Notes: generated by a model not told the origin, from the letters alone. 55,214 nucleotides of DNA from an uncultured Staphylococcaceae bacterium (GCA_964384805.1 CAYLLO010000004.1:1-55214), one strand, 5' to 3'. Shown: positions 9,559-19,282, numbered from the stretch's first letter. Made by a program: numbers and translations.

Positions 9559-10467
9559 TTAGCCTTTGATTCCGCTTCTTGATACTCCTCGCATAATATA
9601 TTTACGCAAGAAAATAAATAGAAGCAGTAGTGGTACGGTAACAAGGGTTGTTGCCGCCATCTGAACATTTTGTTGAGAACGTCCTTCATTATCTTTAAAG
9701 GCTGTTCTTAACCCATTTGAAATTAATCTCATATTTTCTTTACTTGTAATAAGATTTGGCCAAACATATGAATTCCATGTTCCCATTAGTTTTAAAATGG
9801 TCATTGTGATAATTGTAGGCATTCCAATGGGAATCATAACTTTTAACAAATATTTAAAATCTCCGGTTCCGTCAACTTTAGCTGCATAGTAAAGTTCGTC
9901 TGGAATTTGTTTAAATGATTGTCTTAATAAGTAAATATTAAACACACTAACCATAAATGGAACTATCAACCCCATATATGTATCATCCCATTTTAAAACA
10001 CGATAAACTGTTTGCATATTGGTAATAGTTAACATTTCACCTGGAATCATCATTGTCGCCATAAATAATGAGAACAATAAATTACTTCCTTTAAATTTAA
10101 TTCTCGCAAACGCGAATGCCGCAAGAATAGTTGTAATTAAAGTTCCAATTGTCGACCATACACCTACCCAAATAGTATTAAAAACTAATCGTCCATAGTT
10201 GAAATTTGCCTTTGTTACAGCTGTAATATAGTTTTTCCATTGTGGATCTTTAGTGAAAAAAGATTGAATTGGTGCTTCTAATTCAGCATCAGATTTCAAA
10301 GAAACTAAGAACATCCAATAAAACGGAATAACAACAAATATAGCAAGCACAATTAAAAATGTATAAAGCAAGATATATTTGAGTATTCTTAACATCTTTT
10401 CTCTTTTAATTAATTTTACAGCGTCTAAATGTTCATCATTGGGAGTTATATTTTTATTAATTGTCAT
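9559..10467 (-). CDS. ABC transporter permease (MalG/UgpE-like, CUT1 family)
   Basis: Six-TM profile with the EAA-type loop (YYAAKVDGTGDFKYLLKVMIPIGMP). Confidence 0.85.
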   Translation of the reverse strand: MTINKNITPNDEHLDAVKLIKREKMLRILKYILLYTFLIVLAIFVVIPFYWMFLVSLKSDAELEAPIQSFFTKDPQWKNYITAVTKANFNYGRLVFNTIWVGVWSTIGTLITTILAAFAFARIKFKGSNLLFSLFMATMMIPGEMLTITNMQTVYRVLKWDDTYMGLIVPFMVSVFNIYLLRQSFKQIPDELYYAAKVDGTGDFKYLLKVMIPIGMPTIITMTILKLMGTWNSYVWPNLITSKENMRLISNGLRTAFKDNEGRSQQNVQMAATTLVTVPLLLLFIFLRKYIMRGVSRSGIKG

Positions 10468-10480
10468 TTATATCCACCTC

Positions 10481-11428
10481 CTAGTAATGAACCATTTTTT
10501 TACTAACCACTGATTGAATAGCGGTTATAATCATAATAATTATAAACAAGATAACGGCCCCTGCAGATGCTACACCTACATTGCCTTTAATATTTTGATA
10601 AATTGACCAAACAATTGTTGCCATTGTATTTGTGGTAGCCCCATATGGTTTAGCATTCTCACCAAAAATCGCAATGACCGAGTTGTATGCTTTAAACGCT
10701 CCAATAAATGATGTAATCATTAAATACACAATTTGTGGAGAAAGAAGTGGAACGGTGATTCTCCACAAAGTTCTTGCTTTTGATGTACCATCAATTTGAG
10801 CTGCTTGATAATATTGTTTATCAATACCTTGTAAAGCACTTAATAAAATTAAGATTTTGAATGGTAACGCATCCCAAATAGTGTAAATCAATAATACCAT
10901 TAAGGAATTAAAGTATGGAGCTGCGCCACCTACTGGAGAACCCATCCATTTAACTGGATCGCCTCCTAAGGCCTTAATAACGGTGTTTACTAAACCTGTT
11001 CTATCATCAAAGATAATTGCGAAAACCATCCCAATCGCAATTGTATTTGTTACATAAGGCAAAAAGAATATTGTTTGTAATAATTTTTGAAATTTAGGAA
11101 TTGAATTTAAAGCAACAGCAATTAATAATGAAATAATAATCGCAACTGGTACTGATATTACCGCTACCAATGCTGTATTTTTTAAATAAATGTTAAAGAA
11201 TCTCATATTTGATCCAACTAATACTTCTTTAAAGTTATTTAAATTTATTGATTGAAGCGTAATTGCTTGATTATTAATATCTACTAAACCTGTTCTTGTA
11301 TAGTGTGCTCCTTCAACAAATGCTGTGAAAAAAGTATTAAGAATTGGATAAAAAGTGAAAACAATAAGCAAGATAATTGTTGGCGCAAGGTATAACCACG
11401 CCTTCCATTGACTTTGTTTGACTTCCAT
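10481..11428 (-). CDS. ABC transporter permease (MalF/UgpA-like, CUT1 family)
   Basis: Multi-TM protein with the EAA loop (YYQAAQIDGTSKARTLWRITVPLLSP). It starts 1 nt after the ATPase gene. Confidence 0.85.
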   Translation of the reverse strand: MEVKQSQWKAWLYLAPTIILLIVFTFYPILNTFFTAFVEGAHYTRTGLVDINNQAITLQSINLNNFKEVLVGSNMRFFNIYLKNTALVAVISVPVAIIISLLIAVALNSIPKFQKLLQTIFFLPYVTNTIAIGMVFAIIFDDRTGLVNTVIKALGGDPVKWMGSPVGGAAPYFNSLMVLLIYTIWDALPFKILILLSALQGIDKQYYQAAQIDGTSKARTLWRITVPLLSPQIVYLMITSFIGAFKAYNSVIAIFGENAKPYGATTNTMATIVWSIYQNIKGNVGVASAGAVILFIIIMIITAIQSVVSKKMVHY

Positions 11429-11429
11429 A

Positions 11430-12509
11430 CTACTGAATTCGACTTTCTGTTATTTTATCAAAAACAAAACATTTATTTTTCTTAATTGTTGCTTTAATTT
11501 GTTTTCCTGGAGCAATATTTTCAATATCTGCATCAATAATAAAACGGAACGTTGGATTTTCAGAACTTGAATTTTTACCAACAATTGATTTATCTCGACC
11601 AATATATTCGACTTGTTCAATATCAATTGTTAAATCACCAGTTCCTTCAGAATTAACTTCAAATCCTTCTGGTCTAATACCTACAATTACTTCTTGGTCA
11701 TTCAATTCAGAATCACCAATTTTTTCATTTCCAATATATAAACCTTTATTGGCAATTTTACCAAAGAATAAATTAATCGGAGGAGTTCCTAAGAATTTAG
11801 CAACAAATTTATTAACTGGGTTGTTGTAAACATCTTGAGGAGCACCTTTTTGTTGTTCAATTCCTGTTTTCATAACTACAATTTCATCAGAAATACTCAT
11901 AGCCTCTTCTTGGTCATGGGTTACGAAAATGGTTGTAATTCCTGTTTCACGTTGAATTCTCTTAATTTCTTCTCGAGTTTGTAAACGTAAACGAGCATCT
12001 AAATTAGACAATGGTTCATCTAACAATAAAACTCTTGGCTCTTTAACTAATGCTCGAGCAATCGCAACACGTTGTTGTTGTCCTCCTGATAATTGTTTAG
12101 GTTTACGATTAAGCAAAGATCCAATATCTACTAAATCGGCAACTTTTTGAGCTCTTTCTAGTGCTTCTTGTTTAGGAACTTTCAAGTTTTGAAGTGGAAA
12201 TAAGATATTTTGTAAAACTGTCATATGCGGATACAACGCATAATTTTGGAACACAAGTCCTATTCCCCTTTTTTCTGGTGGTAATTCTGTAACATCTTCA
12301 TCATCAAAAAAGATTCTCCCAGATGTAGGCTTTAATAAACCAGCAATCATATAAAGAGTTGTTGATTTACCGCATCCTGAAGGACCTAATAAACCGATTA
12401 ACTTTCCTGAAGGGATAGTAATATCTAGTTCATCGACAGCTCTTACTTGCATGGATGCATCGCCTTTATCTTGGAAAACCTTGGTTAACTTCTCTAGTCT
12501 AATATCCAT
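11430..12509 (-). CDS. ABC transporter ATP-binding protein (MalK/UgpC/MsmX-like)
   Basis: Walker A GPSGCGKST, signature LSGGQQQRVAIARAL, Walker B LLLDEPLSNLD, and a C-terminal regulatory (TOBE-like) extension. Confidence 0.9.
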   Translation of the reverse strand: MDIRLEKLTKVFQDKGDASMQVRAVDELDITIPSGKLIGLLGPSGCGKSTTLYMIAGLLKPTSGRIFFDDEDVTELPPEKRGIGLVFQNYALYPHMTVLQNILFPLQNLKVPKQEALERAQKVADLVDIGSLLNRKPKQLSGGQQQRVAIARALVKEPRVLLLDEPLSNLDARLRLQTREEIKRIQRETGITTIFVTHDQEEAMSISDEIVVMKTGIEQQKGAPQDVYNNPVNKFVAKFLGTPPINLFFGKIANKGLYIGNEKIGDSELNDQEVIVGIRPEGFEVNSEGTGDLTIDIEQVEYIGRDKSIVGKNSSSENPTFRFIIDADIENIAPGKQIKATIKKNKCFVFDKITESRIQ

Positions 12510-12566
12510 ATGTTTTTTCCTCCATATTTTTGAGCAAATATAACAAATACTTCCTCTTTTAACTTT

Positions 12567-12595
12567 ATTATATCATATTTTTCTAAAATTAGCAA
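12567..12595 (-). promoter_or_regulatory. Sigma-A-type promoter of the ABC/nuclease operon
   Basis: On the minus strand: -35 TTGCTA (12590..12595), 17-nt spacer, -10 TATAAT (12567..12572), about 55 nt upstream of the ATPase ATG. Confidence 0.6.
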
Positions 12596-12681
12596 CTGAT
12601 ATAAATCTAAAATATTATAGTTTATTTTTTATTTTTTGGAATGTTTAAAAATGTTTATTAATTTTTTCCTATATTATTAAT

Positions 12682-12711
12682 AAACAAAAGAGGCGAATTA
12701 AAATTCACCTC
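12682..12711 (-). terminator. Rho-independent terminator after the recR-linked small gene
   Basis: Hairpin GAGGTGAATT / AATTCGCCTC on the minus-strand RNA (one G-U pair) at 12690..12711, followed by CTTTTGTTT. Confidence 0.55.
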
Positions 12712-12718
12712 CTAATTA

Positions 12719-12973
12719 TTATATAAAAATCCAAATTATTGAAGCAATAACAAGTATAGCGGCAATTACCACTATAATTTTGGCACTTCTTTTAATTACC
12801 GCTATTGCTCCAATAAGTACAAGAATTCCTACAGCAAGTAAAATTAAAGTTTGGATAATATATGAAAAAGCACCAAAAAAATCAAGAACATAATCAACAA
12901 GTTGACTACATTTTTCACTAATAAAATTGATAAATGATTGAAATATATTTAATTCTTTTAGCATCTTTTTCAC
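12719..12973 (-). CDS. Small membrane protein (hypothetical)
   Basis: An 84-aa ORF 8 nt downstream of recR with two strongly hydrophobic segments. I recognise no family. Confidence 0.45.
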   Translation of the reverse strand: MKKMLKELNIFQSFINFISEKCSQLVDYVLDFFGAFSYIIQTLILLAVGILVLIGAIAVIKRSAKIIVVIAAILVIASIIWIFI

Positions 12974-12981
12974 TCCTCTTT

Positions 12982-13581
12982 TTATAGTTTTATTCTTGAT
13001 GATAAAGCTTTTCTAAGTGTCAATTCATCAGCATATTCAATATCTCCACCTGCTGGAATTCCATAGCCTATTCTTGAAATTTCTAAACCTTCACGTTTCA
13101 ATATTTTTTCCAAATAAAGGGCCGTTGTTTCTCCTTGAGGCGTTAAACTTGTCGCAAGTATAACTTCTTTAACATCTAAATTTTTACAACGTTCTTCAAG
13201 TTCTTTAATAAATAAATCATCAGGTCCAATACCATCCATAGGTGAAATTAATCCTCCAAGTACATGATATAAACCATTATATTGCTGTGTTTTTTCTAGT
13301 GATATTACATCTTTAGTATCTTTAACCACTAATATTTTGTCTTTTTCACGAAGTTCATTTTGACATATATCACAAACTTCTTCAGTAGTTAAAATATTAC
13401 ATATACTACAATGTTTAATATTTTTTTTGGTCGAAAGCAATACTTTAGTAAATTCTACAACATCTTCATCCGTTAATTTTTCTACCACTTGAAAAGCATA
13501 ACGAGTAGCAGTTTTTTGTCCAACTCCAGGGAGTTTTTCAAAACACTCAATTAAGGGATCTAAAAATTTTAATGCATTCAT
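12982..13581 (-). CDS. recR: Recombination protein RecR
   Basis: N-terminal helix-hairpin-helix (LPGVGQKTATR), C4 zinc finger (CSICNILTTEEVCDIC), Toprim region. It sits in the canonical dnaX-ybaB-recR order. Confidence 0.95.
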   Translation of the reverse strand: MNALKFLDPLIECFEKLPGVGQKTATRYAFQVVEKLTDEDVVEFTKVLLSTKKNIKHCSICNILTTEEVCDICQNELREKDKILVVKDTKDVISLEKTQQYNGLYHVLGGLISPMDGIGPDDLFIKELEERCKNLDVKEVILATSLTPQGETTALYLEKILKREGLEISRIGYGIPAGGDIEYADELTLRKALSSRIKL

Positions 13582-13887
13582 TTAGAAGAATGATCCTCCA
13601 AGCATTGATTGATATTTACCTAATTTCTCTTCCGTAAATTTTTCAACTTCTTTATGGGCAGCATTGTAGGCAGCAACAATCATTTCTCCTAACATTTCAG
13701 TATCTTCCTTAGAATCGATTGTAAAAGTTTCATCAATTTCTACTTTCAGTAATTCTCCAGTCCCTTTGATTGTTACATTAACTACTCCACCAGCACTTTT
13801 AGTAAACTCAGCATTAGAAATCTCCTCTTGTGCTTTCATTATTTCTTGTTGCATTTGGCGGATTTTACGCATTTGTTGTGGATTCAT
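13582..13887 (-). CDS. ybaB: YbaB/EbfC family nucleoid-associated protein
   Basis: A 101-aa protein between dnaX and recR with typical sequence (MQQEIMKAQEE...GGVVNVTIKGTGE...KVEID). Confidence 0.9.
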   Translation of the reverse strand: MNPQQMRKIRQMQQEIMKAQEEISNAEFTKSAGGVVNVTIKGTGELLKVEIDETFTIDSKEDTEMLGEMIVAAYNAAHKEVEKFTEEKLGKYQSMLGGSFF

Positions 13888-13891
13888 ATTA

Positions 13892-16800
13892 TTATTCCTC
13901 TTCTTCCTTAATTAAATTTTCTCCAAATAAATCAACAGCCTTATTATAAGATGGACTCTTTTCATCAACAAACGATTTTTTAATAATCTTTAATTCAGGA
14001 TTATTAATTGGAGTAAGTTTTGGAAATCTAGTTCCCATTTGATATTGTCCTCGATATTCATTTCGTTTTTCTTGCCAAATATTTTCTGGTAAAGCAACAA
14101 AATCATATTCTCTACCAAAAGTAATCTTTAATATTTGTTTAGCCTCAAAATGAATCTTATCTCCCATAATGTGGTTACATAATGCCGCATTAGGATAAGT
14201 AATAATGATACAATTATTACCATTTACAACAGGCACTCCATCCATCAAAAATCTTGCTACTGGTGACAAAGCTGTCCCAACACGATCCCCTAATCGTTGC
14301 CAATTGTTAATAATTATCTTACGCTCTTCACGTGATATTTCACTACGAGAATCATGCATAACCATTTCGATTTTTTCAATCGCATATGGATTATCTCTAG
14401 GAACATTTTGACTTATAGTCTCTAAAGTTCTAGGGGCAGTCGTTTCTAATACTGTTGCTCGTTTATAAGTTGATTGAACAGACTCTTTTTTAACAGGCTC
14501 TTCTTCTTTGATAACTAAATTATCTAATTTAAAAGTAGTATTCGGTGTTTCTACTTCCTCTTTTTTAAGAGCAATTTCTTCAACTATTGGCATTATAGTT
14601 GGTTCATTTAGAACTTCTTCATATATATCTTTTGATTCTTCAGGTTGTGAATCAACATTTTCTAACGGCGATTCGTTTTCCACAGGTAGTTCTTTTATTT
14701 CTTCTATGATTTCGTTTTCCATTTTATTTAATGCTGGTTCAACAACTGGTTCTACATGCACTTGTTCAATAATTTTTTCTTCTTTTGGTTCTAAAACTGG
14801 AACAACCACAGGTTGTGCAATCTCTAAAGTTTGCTCTTTGAAATTTCTAAATTCTTTAATTAATTCTTTTATTTCAGCAATTAACCCTTTAATTTCTTTA
14901 TCTTTTGTAGAAGCAACCATTGCTTCTCTACCACTAACAGTGATTAAGAAAGTTTTTATATTTTTATTAGCATCTTTCCCTAAAGATGGTTCTTGTATAT
15001 ATTTACCTTCTTGTTTATCAGTAATAAAGAGTTTTATGTCATCTTTCATATTGTAAAGATTTAATACAACATAATTTAAAGTATCTAATGGAATCTTTTC
15101 ATTAATTGCAACTGCTCTTAAGCCTGATTCTAATTGATTAATATTACAAGATAGTTCATAATGAAGTTCTTCTTCAACTTCTCTTTCAAAATCATCAAGG
15201 GATAAAATATCACTTTTTTGCTCATCTGAAGAAGGTAAAACATCAACTTTTTCTACTATTGGTTCTACTTTTCTTTCTTCAACTATTGGCTCTACTGGTT
15301 CTTTTACCTCTTCTAATACTGGTTCTACAGGTGTTTCCTCTAAAGGTTTATTAAAGAAAACCGGGTTAGTAAAGAAATCATCAATTGGTCTTGTCATTTC
15401 TTCAGGTATTTTTGTTTCTTCTAAAGTATCATTTTCTATATCTTGTTGATTTGTAGTTGAAGTTTCTTCTAATGTTTCTATTGTGACATCTTCGCTTAAT
15501 TGGTTTTCAAATTGTTCAAGTGGCGATTGCTCGGCTACTTCTTGAACCTCTAAATTTTTAAACATATCTTCTTGAACATAGTTTTCAACTATCGGTTCTA
15601 CTAGTTCTTTCTCTTCTTCAATTTTTCTTTGAACTTCCACGATATCTAAAACTTTTTGTTCATAAGGATTTTCGCGTTTTTGAATAGATGCTTCGACTTT
15701 AGAATCTGTTAAAACTAATTCGTTTAAAGACGCCTCGATATTACTATAAGTATGTTGCAAAGCTTCTAATTGTGTCTTTAACTCTTCATATTGGCTTTTT
15801 AATAATTCTAACTCTTCTTTATCATTAGATTGATTAAAATCAAATAATGTTAATGCCTCTGGTTCTTTATGTTCTTTCGTTTTTAAACTTGTTGATAATT
15901 CCTCAATTTGATTAAAAGCCAATTGAATAGATGCTTCTATTGTTTCTAATTCTTCTTTCATAAAAGCAGAATCATTACTTTCAATATTATTATTACCTTC
16001 TAATTGTTTTTTAATCATTTCAATTTCTTCATTTATTGCGTCTAAATTAATATTTGGTACTATTTCTTTTTCTTCTAGTTTTATTAAACGTTCTTCAAAA
16101 GAACTATAATCAATGTTAGAATTATTCTTAATAACCGTATTTTCTAACAAAGTTAATTTTTCTTTTGTTTCGTTTTGGAATTCGTTTAAATTTAATTTAA
16201 CTAGTTCACTTTTTATTTTATTTAAATGAACTTCCAAAGTTACAAGGCGTTCTTCAATATCATTTGGCAAAACTTCCCCTAGTAATGCTCCTTGATTACT
16301 TTGAGTATTATAATCATCCCTTGAAGCACTAGCCATTTTCATAATACCAACTTCAAGAAAAATCTTTTGGGATAAACTAAATTTTATTTTATTTTGTACA
16401 TCACTTAAGACTTCAATATAATAGAAGATTTTCTTTTTGTTAAGATTATTACATAACATCTTAAATGCCATATCATTATAAATCAATTTATCATTTGCTT
16501 CTCCATCTGTACTTTGATACAATAAAATATCCCGACACAATTGAAGTAATCCTTGAACTAATCTACTTACTTCTTTCCCTAAAGATAATAAATCGTTAGT
16601 TAATTCAACAGCTTTAGCAGAATTATTCTCATTAATAACCTGCATTAACTCTATTAATTTTTGATTTGATATTCTACCTGTTACATTATTAACATCTTCT
16701 AAAGTTATCTCTTTAGTACTATATGAATTAACTTGGTCTAAAATACCTATCGCATCACGCATTCCCCCATCAGATGCTTCAGCTACTAAATTTAGTGCTT

Positions 16801-17401
16801 CTTCTTCAATCGCAATTTTTTCTTTTTCAGCAATGCTTGTTAAATTGCTCTTAATTTCTTTAACTGTTAATGGTTTAAAATCAAATCGTTGGCAACGAGA
16901 TAGGATTGTTGCTGGAATCTTGTGCGGTTCGGTTGTTGCCATGATAAACATAACATGTGCAGGTGGTTCTTCCAACGTTTTTAAAAGCGCATTAAATGCT
17001 GAAATACTAAGCATATGAACTTCATCGATAATATATACTTTGTATTTTAAAACACTTGGTAAAAAATTAACCTTTTCTAAAACATTTCTTATTTCATCAA
17101 CACCATTATTACTGGCTGCATCAAATTCAACAATATCAGGAGTTTCATTGTTATTAATCATTCTACATGATGAACATTTATTGCATGGTTCACCAGCATG
17201 CAAGTCTTCACAATTGATGGCTTTAGCTAAAATACGAGCAATGGTTGTTTTTCCTATTCCTCTTGGTCCGCTGAATATATATGCATGTGATGTTTTATTA
17301 TTAGTAAGAGCATTTTTCAAGGTCTTAATAATATGTTCTTGTCCAATTACAGAACTAAAACTATTTGGACGATAACTTCGATACAACGCTTTATAAGCCA
17401 T
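13892..17401 (-). CDS. dnaX: DNA polymerase III subunit gamma/tau, unusually long (1169 aa)
   Basis: The N-terminal ~365 aa form the canonical clamp-loader AAA+ module (GPRGIGKTTIARILAK, Zn module CNKCSSC, DEVHMLS, SRCQRFDF). The last ~200 aa resemble the Firmicute DnaX C-terminal domain. About 550 aa of coiled-coil, E/K/P-rich sequence (VEPIVE motifs) lies between. Confidence 0.9.
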   Translation of the reverse strand: MAYKALYRSYRPNSFSSVIGQEHIIKTLKNALTNNKTSHAYIFSGPRGIGKTTIARILAKAINCEDLHAGEPCNKCSSCRMINNNETPDIVEFDAASNNGVDEIRNVLEKVNFLPSVLKYKVYIIDEVHMLSISAFNALLKTLEEPPAHVMFIMATTEPHKIPATILSRCQRFDFKPLTVKEIKSNLTSIAEKEKIAIEEEALNLVAEASDGGMRDAIGILDQVNSYSTKEITLEDVNNVTGRISNQKLIELMQVINENNSAKAVELTNDLLSLGKEVSRLVQGLLQLCRDILLYQSTDGEANDKLIYNDMAFKMLCNNLNKKKIFYYIEVLSDVQNKIKFSLSQKIFLEVGIMKMASASRDDYNTQSNQGALLGEVLPNDIEERLVTLEVHLNKIKSELVKLNLNEFQNETKEKLTLLENTVIKNNSNIDYSSFEERLIKLEEKEIVPNINLDAINEEIEMIKKQLEGNNNIESNDSAFMKEELETIEASIQLAFNQIEELSTSLKTKEHKEPEALTLFDFNQSNDKEELELLKSQYEELKTQLEALQHTYSNIEASLNELVLTDSKVEASIQKRENPYEQKVLDIVEVQRKIEEEKELVEPIVENYVQEDMFKNLEVQEVAEQSPLEQFENQLSEDVTIETLEETSTTNQQDIENDTLEETKIPEEMTRPIDDFFTNPVFFNKPLEETPVEPVLEEVKEPVEPIVEERKVEPIVEKVDVLPSSDEQKSDILSLDDFEREVEEELHYELSCNINQLESGLRAVAINEKIPLDTLNYVVLNLYNMKDDIKLFITDKQEGKYIQEPSLGKDANKNIKTFLITVSGREAMVASTKDKEIKGLIAEIKELIKEFRNFKEQTLEIAQPVVVPVLEPKEEKIIEQVHVEPVVEPALNKMENEIIEEIKELPVENESPLENVDSQPEESKDIYEEVLNEPTIMPIVEEIALKKEEVETPNTTFKLDNLVIKEEEPVKKESVQSTYKRATVLETTAPRTLETISQNVPRDNPYAIEKIEMVMHDSRSEISREERKIIINNWQRLGDRVGTALSPVARFLMDGVPVVNGNNCIIITYPNAALCNHIMGDKIHFEAKQILKITFGREYDFVALPENIWQEKRNEYRGQYQMGTRFPKLTPINNPELKIIKKSFVDEKSPSYNKAVDLFGENLIKEEEE

Positions 17402-17449
17402 ATTTATTTTCTCCTCTTATTTTTTTCTTGATTACTTAGGTTTATTATA

Positions 17450-19282
17450 TCATATTTTTATTTTTTTGTGATAGGTTCGATTATTTTTTTTATAAACCGG
17501 TTTATTTTCTCTAATCAAACATCCTTTACCATTTCCAATTAAATCAAATCTGTGACATTTAATTAGAGCTTCTTTAACTAAATCGTAGTTTTTAGGATCT
17601 TTATATTGAAGCAATGCTCTTTGCATTGCCTTTTCTTTTGGCGTCTTAGCTACAAATACTGGTTTCATTGTTCTGGGATCTACACCTGTATAATACATAC
17701 AAGTCGAAATCGTTGATGGCGTAGGGTAAAAATCTTGAACCTGTTCGATATATATTTTTTCATCTCTAATATATTCGGCTAACATAATTGCATCTTCTAA
17801 TTTTGAGCCTGGATGACTGCTCATTAAGTATGGTACCAAATACTGATCTTTTTTTAATTCTTTATTTAATTTGTAGTATTTTTCAACAAATTTACGGTAT
17901 AAAGAACTACTTGGCTTCTGCATATACGATAAAACCCGATCACTTACATGTTCTGGTGCAACCTTTAATTGACCAGATATATGATGAGTAATTAATTCTT
18001 TAAAAAACTCATCTTTATTATCATACATTAAATAGTCATATCGTATTCCACTACGAATAAAGACTTTTTTAACTCCATCAATACTTCTTAAACTTCTTAA
18101 AATATCTAAATAATCATCATGAGATACAAAAAGATTAGGACAACGATTAGGAAATAAACACTGTTTTTCGGTACATGCTCCCTTAGTTTCTTGTTTGGAA
18201 CATGATTTGTGATAAAAATTAGCGGTTGGACCTCCTACGTCATGAATATATCCTTTAAAATCAGGATCTTTTACTAATTTATGAGCCTCATTTAAAACTG
18301 ATTCTTTACTTCTCGATTGAATAATTCGTCCTTGATGGTTAGTTAAGGCACAAAAACTACATCCTCCAAAACACCCTCTATTAATACTTATGCTAAATTT
18401 AACCTCTTGGAGAGCTGGAACCCCTTTTTTATACATAGGATGAGCCCGTCTTTCATAAGGAAGAGCATAAACCCAATCTAAATAACTTTGTTCTAAAGGA
18501 GGATTAGCAGGATTTTGAATGACATATACGCCATCATATTCTTCAACTAGTGGTTTCCCAGAAAATGGGTCAGTATTTTTATATTGAATATTAAAACTTT
18601 TGGCATAATTCAATTTATTATCTCTTAATTCTTTATAACTAGGTAATATAATAGCGTCTGATGGCAGCAAATCTTTGTTGGTGGTTTTCCAAGTAGTTCC
18701 CGGCAAATATATTAAATCTTTAACTTCTATTCCAGCGGCTAGTGCGTCAGCAATTTCCACAATTCCCCGGTCTCCCATACCATAAGATATAATATCTGCT
18801 CCACTTTCAAGTAAAATCGAGGGACGTAAATCATCTTTAATATAATCATAATGAGCAAGCCTCCGCAAAGAGGCCTCAATTCCACCAATAATAATTGGTT
18901 TATTAGGAAATAATCTCTTCACTATTTTACAATATGTAATGGTCGCATCTTTAGGTCGTCTACCTGATACTCCACCTTCTTGATATAAGTCTTTACTACG
19001 CATTCTTTTGTTAGAAGTATACATATTAACCATGGTATCAATATTTCCTGCTGAAATCATAAAGCCTATTTTAGGAATCCCTAACACTTGAAATGATTCG
19101 TCATTTTTAATATTGGGATGAGGAATTATCCCAACTCTATATCCAAACGCTTCTAATACTCTAGTAATAATGGCCGCCCCAAAAGAAGGGTGATCAACAT
19201 ATGCATCTCCCAAAATATATATAAAGTCAAGTTCATCCCAACCTCTTTCGGCCATATCTTGTTTACTAACAGGTATAAACAT
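17450..19282 (-). CDS. ygiQ: YgiQ family radical SAM protein
   Basis: The characteristic N-terminus MFIPVSKQDMAERGWDELDFIYILGDAYVDHPSFG and the radical SAM cluster motif CFGGCSFC are present. I chose the start at the second Met (19280..19282) because GAGGTGAT precedes it. Confidence 0.85.
   Translation of the reverse strand: MFIPVSKQDMAERGWDELDFIYILGDAYVDHPSFGAAIITRVLEAFGYRVGIIPHPNIKNDESFQVLGIPKIGFMISAGNIDTMVNMYTSNKRMRSKDLYQEGGVSGRRPKDATITYCKIVKRLFPNKPIIIGGIEASLRRLAHYDYIKDDLRPSILLESGADIISYGMGDRGIVEIADALAAGIEVKDLIYLPGTTWKTTNKDLLPSDAIILPSYKELRDNKLNYAKSFNIQYKNTDPFSGKPLVEEYDGVYVIQNPANPPLEQSYLDWVYALPYERRAHPMYKKGVPALQEVKFSISINRGCFGGCSFCALTNHQGRIIQSRSKESVLNEAHKLVKDPDFKGYIHDVGGPTANFYHKSCSKQETKGACTEKQCLFPNRCPNLFVSHDDYLDILRSLRSIDGVKKVFIRSGIRYDYLMYDNKDEFFKELITHHISGQLKVAPEHVSDRVLSYMQKPSSSLYRKFVEKYYKLNKELKKDQYLVPYLMSSHPGSKLEDAIMLAEYIRDEKIYIEQVQDFYPTPSTISTCMYYTGVDPRTMKPVFVAKTPKEKAMQRALLQYKDPKNYDLVKEALIKCHRFDLIGNGKGCLIRENKPVYKKNNRTYHKKIKI

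Noticed and set aside
9483-9689. The N-terminal 69 codons of track ORF 8046..9689, which would make the SBP 547 aa.
   Set aside because: The extension overlaps the 3-prime end of the upstream permease gene (9559..10467) and has no signal peptide. It is followed by an internal Met with a GGAG RBS and a textbook lipoprotein signal (MKKFLCLMALLVAGVSLASC). My hand translation of the few codons around 9480-9497 did not exactly reproduce the track, so the start coordinate may be off by a few nt.
13892-17401. (1) A programmed -1 frameshift site (A AAA AAG) producing a gamma form of DnaX. (2) Antisense ORFs at 14205..14411, 14508..15056, 16833..17018 and 17040..17375.
   Set aside because: The only AAAAAAG-like run I found (about 14485) is not in the slippery X XXY YYZ register relative to the dnaX frame, so I make no frameshift claim. 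The antisense ORFs are shadow frames of a long, compositionally biased gene.
17474-17482. A GGTTCGATT string resembling a tRNA T-arm.
   Set aside because: It lies inside the 3-prime end of ygiQ with no surrounding cloverleaf potential. I found no tRNA or rRNA gene in the window.
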